This document shows, one piece after another, positions 40,418 through 52,441 of a stretch of DNA of 64,000 nt. The notes beneath the pieces were generated by a model that searched no databases, was not told where the DNA came from, and saw only the letters and a list, made by a program, of their open reading frames with translations. A program made the translations under genes and the position numbers. Position 1 is the stretch's first letter, and each line of letters starts with the position of its first letter. Source of the stretch: Camelus dromedarius (Eukaryota). The DNA lies in NCBI RefSeq assembly GCF_036321535.1, contig NC_087436.1, forward strand, positions 37,326,001 to 37,390,000, in the 5' to 3' direction.

Positions 40418-43400
40418 ATGGCAATAAACACACATCTACCAATAATTACTATAATGTCAATGGACTAAATGCTCCAATTAAAAGACACAGTGGCATATTG
40501 GATAAGTCAAGGGTTTACAATATGCTGCCTACAAGAAACCCACATTAGATTGAAGAACACATAAAGATTGAAAGTGAGAGAATGGAGAAAGATATTTCAT
40601 GCAAATGGAAATGACAAGAAAGCAGGAGCAATACTCATATCAGACAAAACAAAGGCCATAAAGAGATAAAGAAGGATACTATATAATGATCAAAGGAGCA
40701 ATACAAGATGAAGATATCATACTCATTAACATATATGCACCCAATATAGGAACACCTAAATATAATAAATACTAACAGACATAAAGGGAGAAATTGATAG
40801 GAATACATTAATAGTAAGAGATTTTAACACCCCACTAACATTAGACAGGTCTTCCAGACATAAAATCAATAAGGCAATGGAGATACTAAATGACACAATA
40901 AAACAGTTGGACTTGGTTGATATTTTTAGGACATTACATCCCCCCAAATCAGAATATACATTATTTTCAAGTATTCATGGAACATTCTCTAAGATAGACC
41001 ACATACTCAGACACAAAAGAAGCCTCAACAAATTTAAGAGGACAGAAATTATTCCAAGCATGTTCTCTGACCACAATGGCATGCAACTAGATAATCAACC
41101 ACAGAAAAACAAATGAGAAGAAAATGACAGCATGGAGACTAAACAACATGCTACTAAAAAAAAAGTCAATGATGAAATCCAATTAAAAAATACCTTGAGA
41201 AAAATGACAATGAAAACACAACCACACAAAATCTATGGGATATAGCAAAAGCAGTCCTAAGAGGGAAGTTCATAGCAATACAGGCCTTCCTTAAAAAAGA
41301 ACCATCTTAAATAAACAATCTAACCTACCACCTAAAAATTTGAAAAAGAACAAACAAAACCTAAAGTCAGCAGAAGGAAAGAAATAGTAAAGGGCAGGGA
41401 GGAAATAAATAAAATAGAGATAAAAACAATAGAAAAAAAATCAAACCAAGAGCTGATTTTTTTAAGGAGTAAACAAAATCTATAAACCTCTGGCCAGGTT
41501 CACTAAGAAGAAAAGAGAGATGACACAAATCAACAAAATAAATGAAAATGGAGAGATTACAACCAACACCACAGAAATACAAAAAATCATGAGAATACTA
41601 TGAACAACTATATGGTAATAAACGGGAAAACTTAGAAGAAATGGGTAAGTTTCTAGAAACATACAGTCCACCAAAACTGAATCAAGAAGAAATACATCAT
41701 TTGAAGAGACCAATCACTAGAAGTGAAATAGAATCAGCAAGACAAACAAACAAAAAAACTTCCTTGCAAACAAAGTCCAGGACCAGATGCTTCACTGGCA
41801 AATTCTATCACTCATACAAACAAGAGCTAATATCAATTTTTCTCAAACTCTTCCAAAAGACTGAAGAGGAGGGAACACTCCCACACTTATTCTATGAAGC
41901 CACCATCACCCTGATACTAAAGCCAGACAAAGACATTACCAAAAAAGAAAGCTATAGGCCAATATCATTGATAAACATAGATGCAAAAATCCTCAACAAA
42001 ATATTAGCAAACAGAATCCAACAACACATAAGAGATCATATATCATGATCAAGTTGGTTTTATCACAGGGACACAAGGATGGTTCAACATATGCAAATCA
42101 ATCAACGTGATACACCACATCAACAAGAGAAAGGGCAAAAATTACATGATCATCTCAATAGATGCAGATAAAATTCAACACCCATTTATGATAAAAACTC
42201 TAACCAAAGCAGGTATAGAGGGAACATATCTCAACATAATAAAAGCTATTTATGACAAACTTACAACCACCATAATACACAATGGTGGAAAGTTGAAAGC
42301 CTTCCCACTAAAAATCTGGAACAAGACAAGGATGTTCACTTTCATAACTTCTATTCAATATAGTATTGGAAGTCCTACCTATAGCAATTAGACAAGGAAG
42401 ACAAATAAAAGGGATCCAAATTGGAAGAGAAGAGGTAAAACTGTCATTATATGCAGATGACATGATACTATATATAGAAAACCCTAATGGCTCCACATAA
42501 AAACTACTGGAGTTAATAAAAGAATTTGGCAAGGTAGCAGGATACAAGATTAACATACAGAAATCAGTGGTATTTCTTTACACTAACAATGAAATATCAG
42601 AAAAGGAAAGTAAAGAAACAATACCTTTTAAAATTGCATCCAAAAAAAAGTAAAACATTTAGGAATAAATCTGACTAAGGAAGTGAAAGACCTATATGCG
42701 GAGAACTACAAGACATTGACTAGGGAAATTAAAAATTACTTAAAGAAATGGAAAGATATCCATGTTCTTGGGTTGGAAGAATTAATATTGTTAAAATGGC
42801 CATACTACCCAAAGCAATCTACAGATTTAATGTGATTCCTATCAAATTATCCAGGACATTTTTCACAGAATTAGAACAAATAATCCTAAAATTTATATGG
42901 AATCACAAAAGATCCAGAATTTCCAAAGCAACACTGAAGAAAGAGAACAAAGCTGGATGAATAATCCTCCCAGATATCAGACAATACTACAGAGCTACAG
43001 TAATCAAAGCACTATGGTACTGGTACAAAAACAGACATATGTATCAATGGAACAGAATAGAGAGCCCAGAAATAAACCCAGATTTTTGGTCAATTAATAT
43101 TTGACAAAGGAGGCAAGAACATACAATGGAGTAAAGACAGTCTCTTCAGCAAATGGTTGTGGGAAAACTGGACAGCTGCATGTAAATCAATGAAGTTAGA
43201 ACACTCTCACATCATACACAAAAATAAACTCAAAATGGATCAAAGACTTAAACATAAGACAAGACACTACAAACCTCTTAGAAGAAAATAGGCAAAACAT
43301 TATCTGACATAAACCTCAGCAATGTTCTCCTAGGGCAGTCTACCCAAGCAACAGAAATAAAAGCAAAAATAAACAAATGGGACCTAATTAAACTTATCAG

Positions 43401-44165
43401 CTTTTGCACAGCATGGGAAACCATAAGCAAAACAAAACGACAACCTACGGAATGGGAGAAAATATTTGCAAAAGATGAGACTGACATGGCTTAATTTCCA
43501 GAATATATAAACGGCACATACAACTTAGTAAGAAAAAAGCCAAACAACTCAATCCAAAAATGGGCAGAAGACCTAAACAAGCAATTCTTCAATGAAGGCA
43601 TACAAATGGCAAATAGGCACATGAAAAAATGCTCAATATCACTAATTACCAGAGAACTGCAAATCAAAATGACAGTAAAGTATCACCTCACACTAGTCAG
43701 AATGGCCATCATTCAAAAGTCCACAAATGACAAATGCTGGAGAGGCTGTGGAGAAAAGGGAACCCTCCTACACTGTTGGTGGGAATGTAGTTTGGTGAAG
43801 CCATTATGGAATGCAGTTTGAAGATTCCACAAAAGACTGAAAAATAGACTTACCATATGATCCAGCAATCCTGCTCCTGGGCATATATCCAGAGGAACCT
43901 TAATTCGAAAGGATACAAGCACCCCAATGTTCATAGTAGCACTATTTACAATAGTCATGACATGGAAACAACCTAAATGCCCAGCAACAGATGTTTGGCT
44001 GAAGAAGCTGTGGTATGTTGACACAATGGAATACTACTCAGCCATAAAAATAATAAAATAATGCCATTTGCAGCAACATGGATGGACCTGGAGAATATCA
44101 TTCTAAGTGAAATAAGCTAGAAAGAGAAAGAAAAATATCATATATCACTTACATGTGGAATATAA
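40418..44165 (+). pseudogene. L1 ORF2p (endonuclease/reverse transcriptase) pseudogene
   Basis: MAINTHL start; [31 protein letters not shown] at 42450-42461; [18 protein letters not shown]; broken into many short ORFs. Confidence 0.95.
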
Positions 44166-44867
44166 AAAAAAGAACCCTATCTACAATACAGAAACAGACT
44201 CACAGACATAGAAAACAAACAGTTACCTGGTGGGGAGGGGGTCAGAAGGATAAATTGGAAGTTTGAGATTTGCAGATACTAACTACTATTTATAAAATAG
44301 ATAAACAACAAGTTTATACTCCATAGCATAGGAGTTGAATATCTTATAATAACTTATGGTGAAAAAGAATATGATAACAAATATATGTATGTTCATGTAT
44401 GACTGAAGCATTGTGCTATACACCAGAAATTGACACACTGTAAGCTGACTATACTTCAATACAAATATTTTTAAAAGCTTATGCTATATTATTGCTTATA
44501 AAATAATTCACTCCAGTGAAATGGAAATAGTTAAAAGAAAAAAAAATACAATTCCAGTATCAAAACAGCCCCACTTAATCTTCAGAAAATTTAAAATGAA
44601 GTTTGTAGTTCAGTATTGAAAAAAAAAATGACAACAGTCATAGCTATTTCACAGCTCCCCAAAGTAAACTCTAATTGTGACCCTAGATAACATTAATTTA
44701 TAAGGAAATGCAACAACTATTTCAAAAATAGACTCTCCATTTTGAGGGGTCCATGCACTTCAAAAGCATATGTAAAATCTGCCAAAACATGGAGAAATAT
44801 GCCATCTACACATAGGCTCAATGAATAGAAAGAGATAAGAATTAAGTATTTATAAAAAGCCACACAA

Positions 44868-44936
44868 GCTGGAATCTGACACAACATTGTAAAATGATTA
44901 TAAATCAATAAAAAATGTTAAAAAAAAAAAAGAAAA
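44868..44936 (+). mobile_element. Very short (~70 bp) L1 3'-end insertion with a perfect 14-bp TSD
   Basis: TSD aaaaagccacacaa at 44854-44867 and 44937-44950; 'gctggaatctgacacaacattgtaaaatgattataaatcaataaa' plus poly(A). Confidence 0.92.
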
Positions 44937-45599
44937 AAAAAGCCACACAATATGGAAAGTTGTGCTCACTATAAGGTAGGATAGCTGATGCAAGGAAGCA
45001 CCAGCTGTTGCTGCTTATTCTACAGATGTGTTCTACAGGTTTAGCACTGTGGGTTTAATAACAAACTTGGGTTTATTGAGCTGCATTGTGTGCAAAGGCA
45101 AGTTAATGATACATCATGATCCCAGAGGAGATTAAGGGGGCTGGCTTTCTTAAGGGCTTCTTATTATTTCTTCCCAAATTACCCTCGTATTATTTCCTTA
45201 GTGCCAATGTTCACAGATGGTCTCCTACATAACAGTAGTCCTAACGCTCTCATTGAAGTAAACATTGTAATAAGCAGTAGAGCTGACCAGGTGAGGCAAG
45301 TCAGGGACGATGGAGTAAAGAAAGAGCGAAAGCAAGACAGAGAACCAGAGTTAAAGCCTATTTTGCATGTTGTTATTGCTAACAAAAAATAACTTGCTGA
45401 AGATATATTTGCATAATACTACCATGGGAATTTCTTTAAGTTATAGCCAAAATTAGGTGCCCTTGGAGATGAGGAGGAGTCAAGAATAATTGTTTGGTGG
45501 GCATAAAAGCACTGGTATTTGTCACCACTACTGACTTCCCAAATACATTGTTTTCTGAGGTTGCTCCCTGAACAGGCTGAGGTTGCTAAGTTGTGTTTA

Positions 45600-46158
45600 T
45601 TTTTTGTTCTCAAGATGCTTTGAGGACCAACTACTTGACTCCTCAGCTTTCTCTAAATAAACAATTGGAGTGAGGGCTCTGCAGCAACTTACCTGACTCT
45701 TTTGAAAATATTCACTGATAACTCAGCATCTATTTTCATGAGCTTCTAGTGTGGCTTCATTTACTACAGGAGTTGGAAAGCTAGAACCCACACTTACACT
45801 CTTTAAAATGCACTTAAGTGTGATTTGGGAGGCAGATGCCATCTTCTTGCTGCTTTTTATTTGTCTGTTCTCTGCTGGCAAGCACAGTAATGGGATGCAG
45901 GATTTTTCTGCTGTAGTATTAGAATACTCATATAGCAGCTTTGTGGTTGTCAAGAGACAGCTGCTCTTGGAGCAGCCATGGTTTCCCACTTATTTTGTAT
46001 CACTGAATCGCAGTTTAGTAATGCTCTTTTTAACTCAAACATTCTAGTGGCAGCCTCAATTTTTTGTAAGCACCTAATTTCCATTATTAAATCTCTTTCT
46101 GCTTAAAATACCTCCTGGGATTTCTCATTGCTGCACTAAGCACTGACACACTGACCAA
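45600..46158 (+). mobile_element. Probable ancient ERVL-family solo LTR
   Basis: 3' part 'attaaatctctttctgcttaaaatacc...gatttctc...ctgcactaagcactgac' has the polyA-signal/U5 layout of ERVL LTRs; 'ggagttggaaagcta'. Confidence 0.5.
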
Positions 46159-47369
46159 GTGAAGGAATGAATTCTGTAGATGAGGCACTGTTAAGAACTG
46201 TCCAACATCACCTTGCTATACCTTTCAGGGCAGAACAGAAATCCAGGTTTTCTGTCTCCAAGCCTAACTCACATGGTCTGTTAATAACATAGAAACTCAA
46301 TATAATTTCAAACAGCTCTGAAATATGAAGTAGTTTTTCCCAGTGCTCAGTGAGTGAGATATTACCTTTTTTTGAAAACCAAAAAACTTCAAATTCACAA
46401 AGGCAGAAAACATGTATAAGAAGGAAATTACAGCCAGCAAAAATAAGATGGATTTTGTACAGCTTAATGTACACATAATACCCTCTAGTTGGCATACAAA
46501 TCTCTCAAATGTGTGGAATTAATTTGAAACTTTTCTAAACACTCTTCTAGTTTTCCTCAGTCTTAGTAGGGACTTGAATACCTGGATTGATGATTCTGCT
46601 AAATATAATCTCGTTGTCCTAGGGTAAAACCCTTTAGAATTCATGAAAATAAATATGAAAAATGATAGGAAATGGGTCATATTTCTTCTAAGTTTATAAA
46701 AGGGCAAAGAAAAAGAATGTTGCAGATTAATTTAATGTACATCATGTTATAATTCTAGGAATATATATTAAATAGATATTTGGGACTTTTAGAAACAAAC
46801 AAGTAAACATTTTCTGACTAAGTCTCTTACTCAGAAATGTATATTAGAGATTCATTTGTCATTATATTTTCTTAATAATCTTTCTTAGAGTTGCTAGATT
46901 GATAAATAAGGGCAAACTCATAGGCTTATATGAAGACATGAGTATTAGAAATAAGCTTTAGCAGAAGTATAAAATCCTGTCAAGAAGTAAATGAATTAAG
47001 ATAATAAACTAAAGGTATTCCCTGGATTTAATAATAAGTTACAATCACGTGGGTGAGAAAATTTTCTATGCAAGGGAGGCCAGAGGGTCAACTGATAGAG
47101 AAATAAATGGGAGTGAGGAATAGAGGTAGTAAGGGAGGTATGTTAAGCTGTTTACATGTTAGACATTAACATTTGAAATTATAGTGAAATTAACTGCAGG
47201 ACTTTAAAGAAATAACTTACTTTAAACATCTAATTTTGAGGTTAAGAATTTTCTGCATTTTTGAACACTTTTAATAGTGCTACAATAAATAATACTTTAA
47301 CCTACTTATACATGTGTTCAATGTATATCATTCCATTTCTTCTCTGCTGCTGCTCTTCCTCCTTTTTAC

Positions 47370-49270
47370 AATCATGATTATTATTTTATAAAAATGATTT
47401 TACAAACAAACTACAGAAAAAAGGAGGTTAGAAACAGGCAATACAGAAAAGTATGAGGATAAAAGTAAAATAATAAATTCCAAACCTAACCAACTTAATA
47501 TACCCATTATAAAACTCACTGACCATCATTGTACACACCCAAGAGGGGACTTATATGAACACATACACACAGTAGTTAATTCAAGAAAAAATGCATAATT
47601 CATAAGTTATTTCCCCTAGAAAGTATTAAATTTTAATTTACTTGCATTTAATAGAAAAAATAAATCTCAAGGAACTGATTAACTTTGGATAGTAACCATA
47701 ATCACTTATGTCAGAAACTAAGATATTTTCTTATTAAGGAAAAATGATTAACAGAAAACTCAGAGCCTTGATTACTTTTTTAAACTATATTATTCAACTT
47801 TAGTTTGTATTTGTTGATTTTCTTATAAAAGTTGAAGAAATTAGTACATTTATACTTCTAAGTTCTATCTGATTTGTATTACATTACTATGTTTACACTA
47901 TCAAAGTTTGTAACATTTACATTCTATTGTCTCCACAATTGTCTCCTTTGAGTAATTTTAATTCTATATATGAGTCAATCAAATGTTTACCATCAGTTCT
48001 TTACTGTAATTTCTTGATTTCTGATCTCTACTTATCTCTTGTTTGGCTGGATTTTGTCTACAATTCTTGATTGCTTAAGAATGCCAAAGGCAACTTGGAA
48101 GGACAACTTGGCTGGATTAAAGTACAGAGTTCCTTAAAACTCTGTCACTATTGCACTGCCATCCTCTGCAATGGAGAAAACTGAGGCAATTCCCACCTGA
48201 CCTGCACTTGACTTCCTGTTTTGTCTGGATGGCCATACCAGTCTTTCTTTACCCTTCAAATTTAATATCACCAGGAATGTCTTGATAGCAATTGTCTTAT
48301 TTTAAAAAACAATATTTATATTTTGCCTTTGAATTTTGTCTGGCTTGTTTATTGAAGATCACATTCTCTTAATGTGAGCATTAAGGAACCATCTAGGGGT
48401 TTTAGGAGGGCATGTTTAAATTTAAAAGTATCACTTAGTATACTATATGAAGAAAGCAGAAATTCTAGTGATGGGTAACAGTGGAGGATATGTTTCTGAA
48501 GTAGAACTTTGATATGTCTTTTCTATTATTTATGATGCAGCTTGCTAGGTAGAGAATGTTGAGGTAAAGAAGACAGAGAGTAATAGAAAGTAACACAGAA
48601 ACCCTAGGAACTCAAGACTTTGCTATATACTTCAGGAAATTTTAAACTACAAACTGTGGAAACACTTGTCTTTAGAGCACATGTTTTGATGAAAGGGAGC
48701 TAAAGACAGTAGACTTGTGCTGTGGCTGCCAGCTACCCAATTCTATTGCTGCCTATATAGAATTTTTAGCACCTAGCCAATTACTCCCAAGTATCAGTGA
48801 AACATACACACAAAAATGAGACTTAGGCATGGACATTGAAAAATCCTCTTGGGTGGGGAGAACATAAATGAAATGCAGATAAAGAATATACACACATACA
48901 TATTACACAAATAATAACCCAAAAAAGCAGAAGTGTTCACATACTCCTTTAGTACTTTTAGTACTTTTGGACTCAACTTCTCAATGAAATTACAGAAAGC
49001 ATGAATTCATAGTAAATAATAGTTCAAGGAATAATTATAATTATAAGGGTACAAAATGAAGATTATAAAACACCAGAAGAAAATGAAGGATGAGCTTCTC
49101 AAAATCAAGGAAAGAAAAACAGAAAAAAATTTATTAAAATGTATCTCACATTAAAGGTAACATGAAATTCAGGTTTATAAAGACAGGTTTGGGAAGGTCA
49201 TACAAAATGAAATGCAGAAATGACATAAAATTATTATGAAGATTTTAGATGTGGAAGACTGACTTGTATT
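47370..49270. mobile_element. Patchwork of highly decayed ancient L1/HAL1-like fragments
   Basis: 'tacagaaaagtatgagg...cccattataaaac' (antisense L1ME-like 3'), 'ggacaacttggctggattaaag' (antisense ORF1-like), A-rich ORF1-like stretch at 48980-49260. Confidence 0.4.
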
Positions 49271-49289
49271 CATACTAAGTCATCTAGAA

Positions 49290-49513
49290 TAGGTGCAGGC
49301 AAACATTTTCTATAGAGAAGCAGAGAGTAAATATTGTAAACTTTGTGGGCCACATGGTCCTTGCTGCAACTAATCAATCCTGCCACTGTAGAGTGAAAGC
49401 ATCCATAGATACTACTTAAACAAGTGCATGTGGCTGTGTTCCTATAAATATTTATTTAATAAAGACAGGTGGTGGTTGGGTGTATCTCAAGGGCCATAGT
49501 TTGCTGACTCTTG
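49290..49513. mobile_element. MER58A-like hAT-Charlie MITE
   Basis: 'ggcaaacattttctata...gtaaatattgtaaactttgtgggccacatgg...gggccatagtttgctgactcttg'; hAT-like 8-bp flanks atctagaa / agctaaaa. Confidence 0.85.
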
Positions 49514-51084
49514 AGCTAAAAGATTAAAAAAAAAATATATTCAGACCAGAGGCAAAGATGGTGGAGTAGAAAGACCCTGAGCTCACCTCTCACAAGCACA
49601 CCAAAATAACAACCATCTGGAGAAAGACTGGAGCTTATAAGAAAAGATCTTCTACAACTAAAGATATAAAGAAGGAACCACAAGGAGACAAGTAGGAGGG
49701 GTGGATCCATGACATAATCAAGTCCCTTACCCTCAGGTGGGTGATCCACAGACTGGAAAATAATTATGATGCAGAGGTTATCCCACAGGAGTGAGAGTTC
49801 TGAGCCCCACATTAAGCTCCGCAGCCCGAGGGTCCTGAATAGGGAAGAGAAGTCCCAGAGCATTTGGCTTTGAAGGCCAGCGGGACTTAATTTTGGGTGT
49901 CCCAACAGACTGGGGAATAGAGATTTCACTCTTAAAGGGCACACAAAAAATCTCATATACACTGGGACCCAGGGAAAAAGAAGTAATCTGAAAGGAGTCT
50001 GGGCCAGACTTATCTGCTGGTCTTGGAGAGTCTCCTGGAGAGGTGGGGTGGGGTAGCTGCAACTCATCCTGGGGACACAGACACTGGTGGCAGCCATATT
50101 TGGGAGCCTGCTCAACCATGTGAACACTGCAACTGGTGGCTACCATCTTGGCTCGTTAGTACAAAGACTTGGCCCTACCCAACAGTCTGTAGGCACCAGT
50201 GCTGGGTGGTAACACAGCCCCACCCAACTGCAGACTTCTTGAGCCTAAAGACTTCTTGAGCTCACAGCCTCCTCTAGAAACACTTCTACACATGGCACTG
50301 CCTACCAAAGGGTCAAGACCCAGGTCTGCCCACCACTGGGCAGGCAGTGGCTCTGCCCTTCAGGAAGACGGCACTAGCCTCTAAACCAGCCTCACCCAAC
50401 AGGGGGGGACACCAGAAGCAAGAAAACTGCAATCCTGCGGCATGTGAACCCAGCCTGCCTATAGCAGGGCAGACCCTACTCTGGGACCAGCCGGGCCCCG
50501 GCTCTTCCTACTAGCAAGCCAACACAAGCTTTGAGTCAACCCAGATCCCATATCCAAATGTGTCAGGATCCCACCCCCACAACCAACAATAGGAAATTAG
50601 TTCTGAAATCCCTGGGCTCTGCAGCCAGATTCCAGGACCTGGCTATGCAAGACAGTAGTCCAGAACTAAACTCAGGACATTCTTCACTCACCAGTGAGAA
50701 GAGAACAGCCCCAGGATCTTCTGGATCCTGAGTCTGCCCACCAGAGAGCCAGCACTAGCCCCAGGGCTTCTTGAGATTCTGCAGTCAATAGCCTCATGAC
50801 CAGACCCCACTAACCAGCAGTCAGAAGCATCTCCACAAAGCATGGCCTGGCAACCAACTGGGCTAAGGGCCAACCAAGCCTTCCAGCCTGCCCACATAGT
50901 CAGCTTGCCATGAGAGAAGAACCCATGCAGCCCTCTTTAGGGGAATCCTTAGAGTATATAGCTTGGGTGATGAGAGGGAGGGTGCTGCAGGGAAACATAA
51001 GACTTTTCCTACAGAAGTCTGCAAGGTCAACAAATATGACTAACCTACTACATACATAAAAATACCAATAGCAACTTAGACAAA

Positions 51085-51992
51085 ATGAGGCAGAAGAGGA
51101 ACATGTTCCAGATAAAGAAATATGATAAAACCCCTGAAGAACTAAGTGAACTGGAGATAGGCAATCTACCTAAGAAAGAATTCAAAGTAATTATTGTAAA
51201 CATGGTGAAAGAATTCATGAGAAGAATATCCAACACAATTCCAACACAAAACAAGAAGTTAGAACTTTTCAACAAAGAGTTAGAAAATATAAAGAACAAA
51301 CCAGAGATAAAGAATATAATAAGTGAAGTGAAAGATACACTAGAAGGAATCAACAGTAGACTAAATGATACAGCAGAATGGATCAGCAAGCTGGAAGACA
51401 GAGTATGTAAGTCACTGATTCTGAGCAGAAAAAAGATAAAAGAATGAAGAGAAATGAAGGTAGTTTAAGAGACCTCTGAGACAACAAGCACAATAATATT
51501 CACGTTAGTGATTTTGTGAATTAGGGGTTCCAGAAGAAGACAGAGAAAGGGGCTGAGAACATATTTGAAAACCTAACAGCTGAAAAATTCCCTAACTTGC
51601 AAAAGGAAATAATCACCCAAGTCCAAGAAGCAGAGTCCCATACACGAAAACCCAAAGAGGAATACAGCAAGACACATAGTAATTAAAATGACAAAAATTA
51701 AATATAAAGAGAGAATATTAAAAAAGCAGTGAAGAAAAAGAAACAAATAACATACAAGGGAACTCCCATAAGGTTATCAGATGATTTTTCTACAGAAACT
51801 CTGCAGGCTAGAAAGGAGTAGCACAATACATTCAAAGTGATGAAAGGGAAAACCTACAACCAAGAATACTCTACCAGCAAGAATCTTGTTCAGATCTGAT
51901 GGAGATCAGAAGCTTTACAGATAAGCAAAAGCTAAAGGAGTTCAGCACCATCAAAACTGCTTTATAACAAATGTTAAAGAAACTTTTCTAGG
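51085..51992 (+). pseudogene. L1 ORF1p pseudogene
   Basis: Coiled-coil ORF 51085-51447 'ELSELEIGNLPKKEFKVIIV...LEGINSRLNDTAEWISKLEDR'; later frameshifts. Confidence 0.88.
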
Positions 51993-52441
51993 TGAAAAAA
52001 GAAAAGACCACAACTAGAAATGAAAAAGCTCATTGGTAAAGGCAAACATAGGGTAAAGGTAGAAAATGATCAACACAGAAAACTATCAGGGAGGTTAAAA
52101 AACAAAAGTAGTTAAATCATCTGTATCCACAACAAGGAGATAAGGGATACACACACAAAAAGATGTAAAATATGATATCAAAAACAGTAATCATGAGGTG
52201 AGGAGAGTACAAATGCAGGTTTTTAAAAATGCATTTGAAATTAGGAGATCAGCAACTTAAAACAATCACATTTATATATGGACTGCTATACAAAAACCTC
52301 ATATTAACCACAACCAAAAATCTAAAACAGATATACACATATAGAAGAAAACGGAATCCAAACATAACACAAAAGATAGTCATCAAATCACAAAAGAAGG
52401 AAAAAAAGACCTATAAGAACAATTCCAAAACAATTACCAAA

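Larger units (their letters stand above)
37760..44472 (+). mobile_element. Full-length (~6.7 kb) lineage-specific L1, inactivated
   Basis: 5' 'ggaaccaagatggcagagtag', ~1.4 kb GC-richer 5' UTR, ORF1, 410-bp spacer, ORF2 (EN, RT, CCHC), 3' UTR; degenerate TSD aaag(g/ct)tatgct near 37749 / 44474. Confidence 0.97.

Noticed and set aside
46580..46640. Minus-strand micro-exon candidate (ccctag|gacaac...atccag|gtattc)
   Set aside because: Weak donor, only 37 nt, unrecognised peptide, no partner exon.
49516..50146. 203-aa and 122-aa antisense ORFs in the L1 5' UTR (ORF0-like idea)
   Set aside because: They lie in a GC-richer decayed 5' UTR where long ORFs occur by chance. There is no recognisable domain and no matching ORF in the other L1 5' UTR. 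A consensus-level test would be needed.
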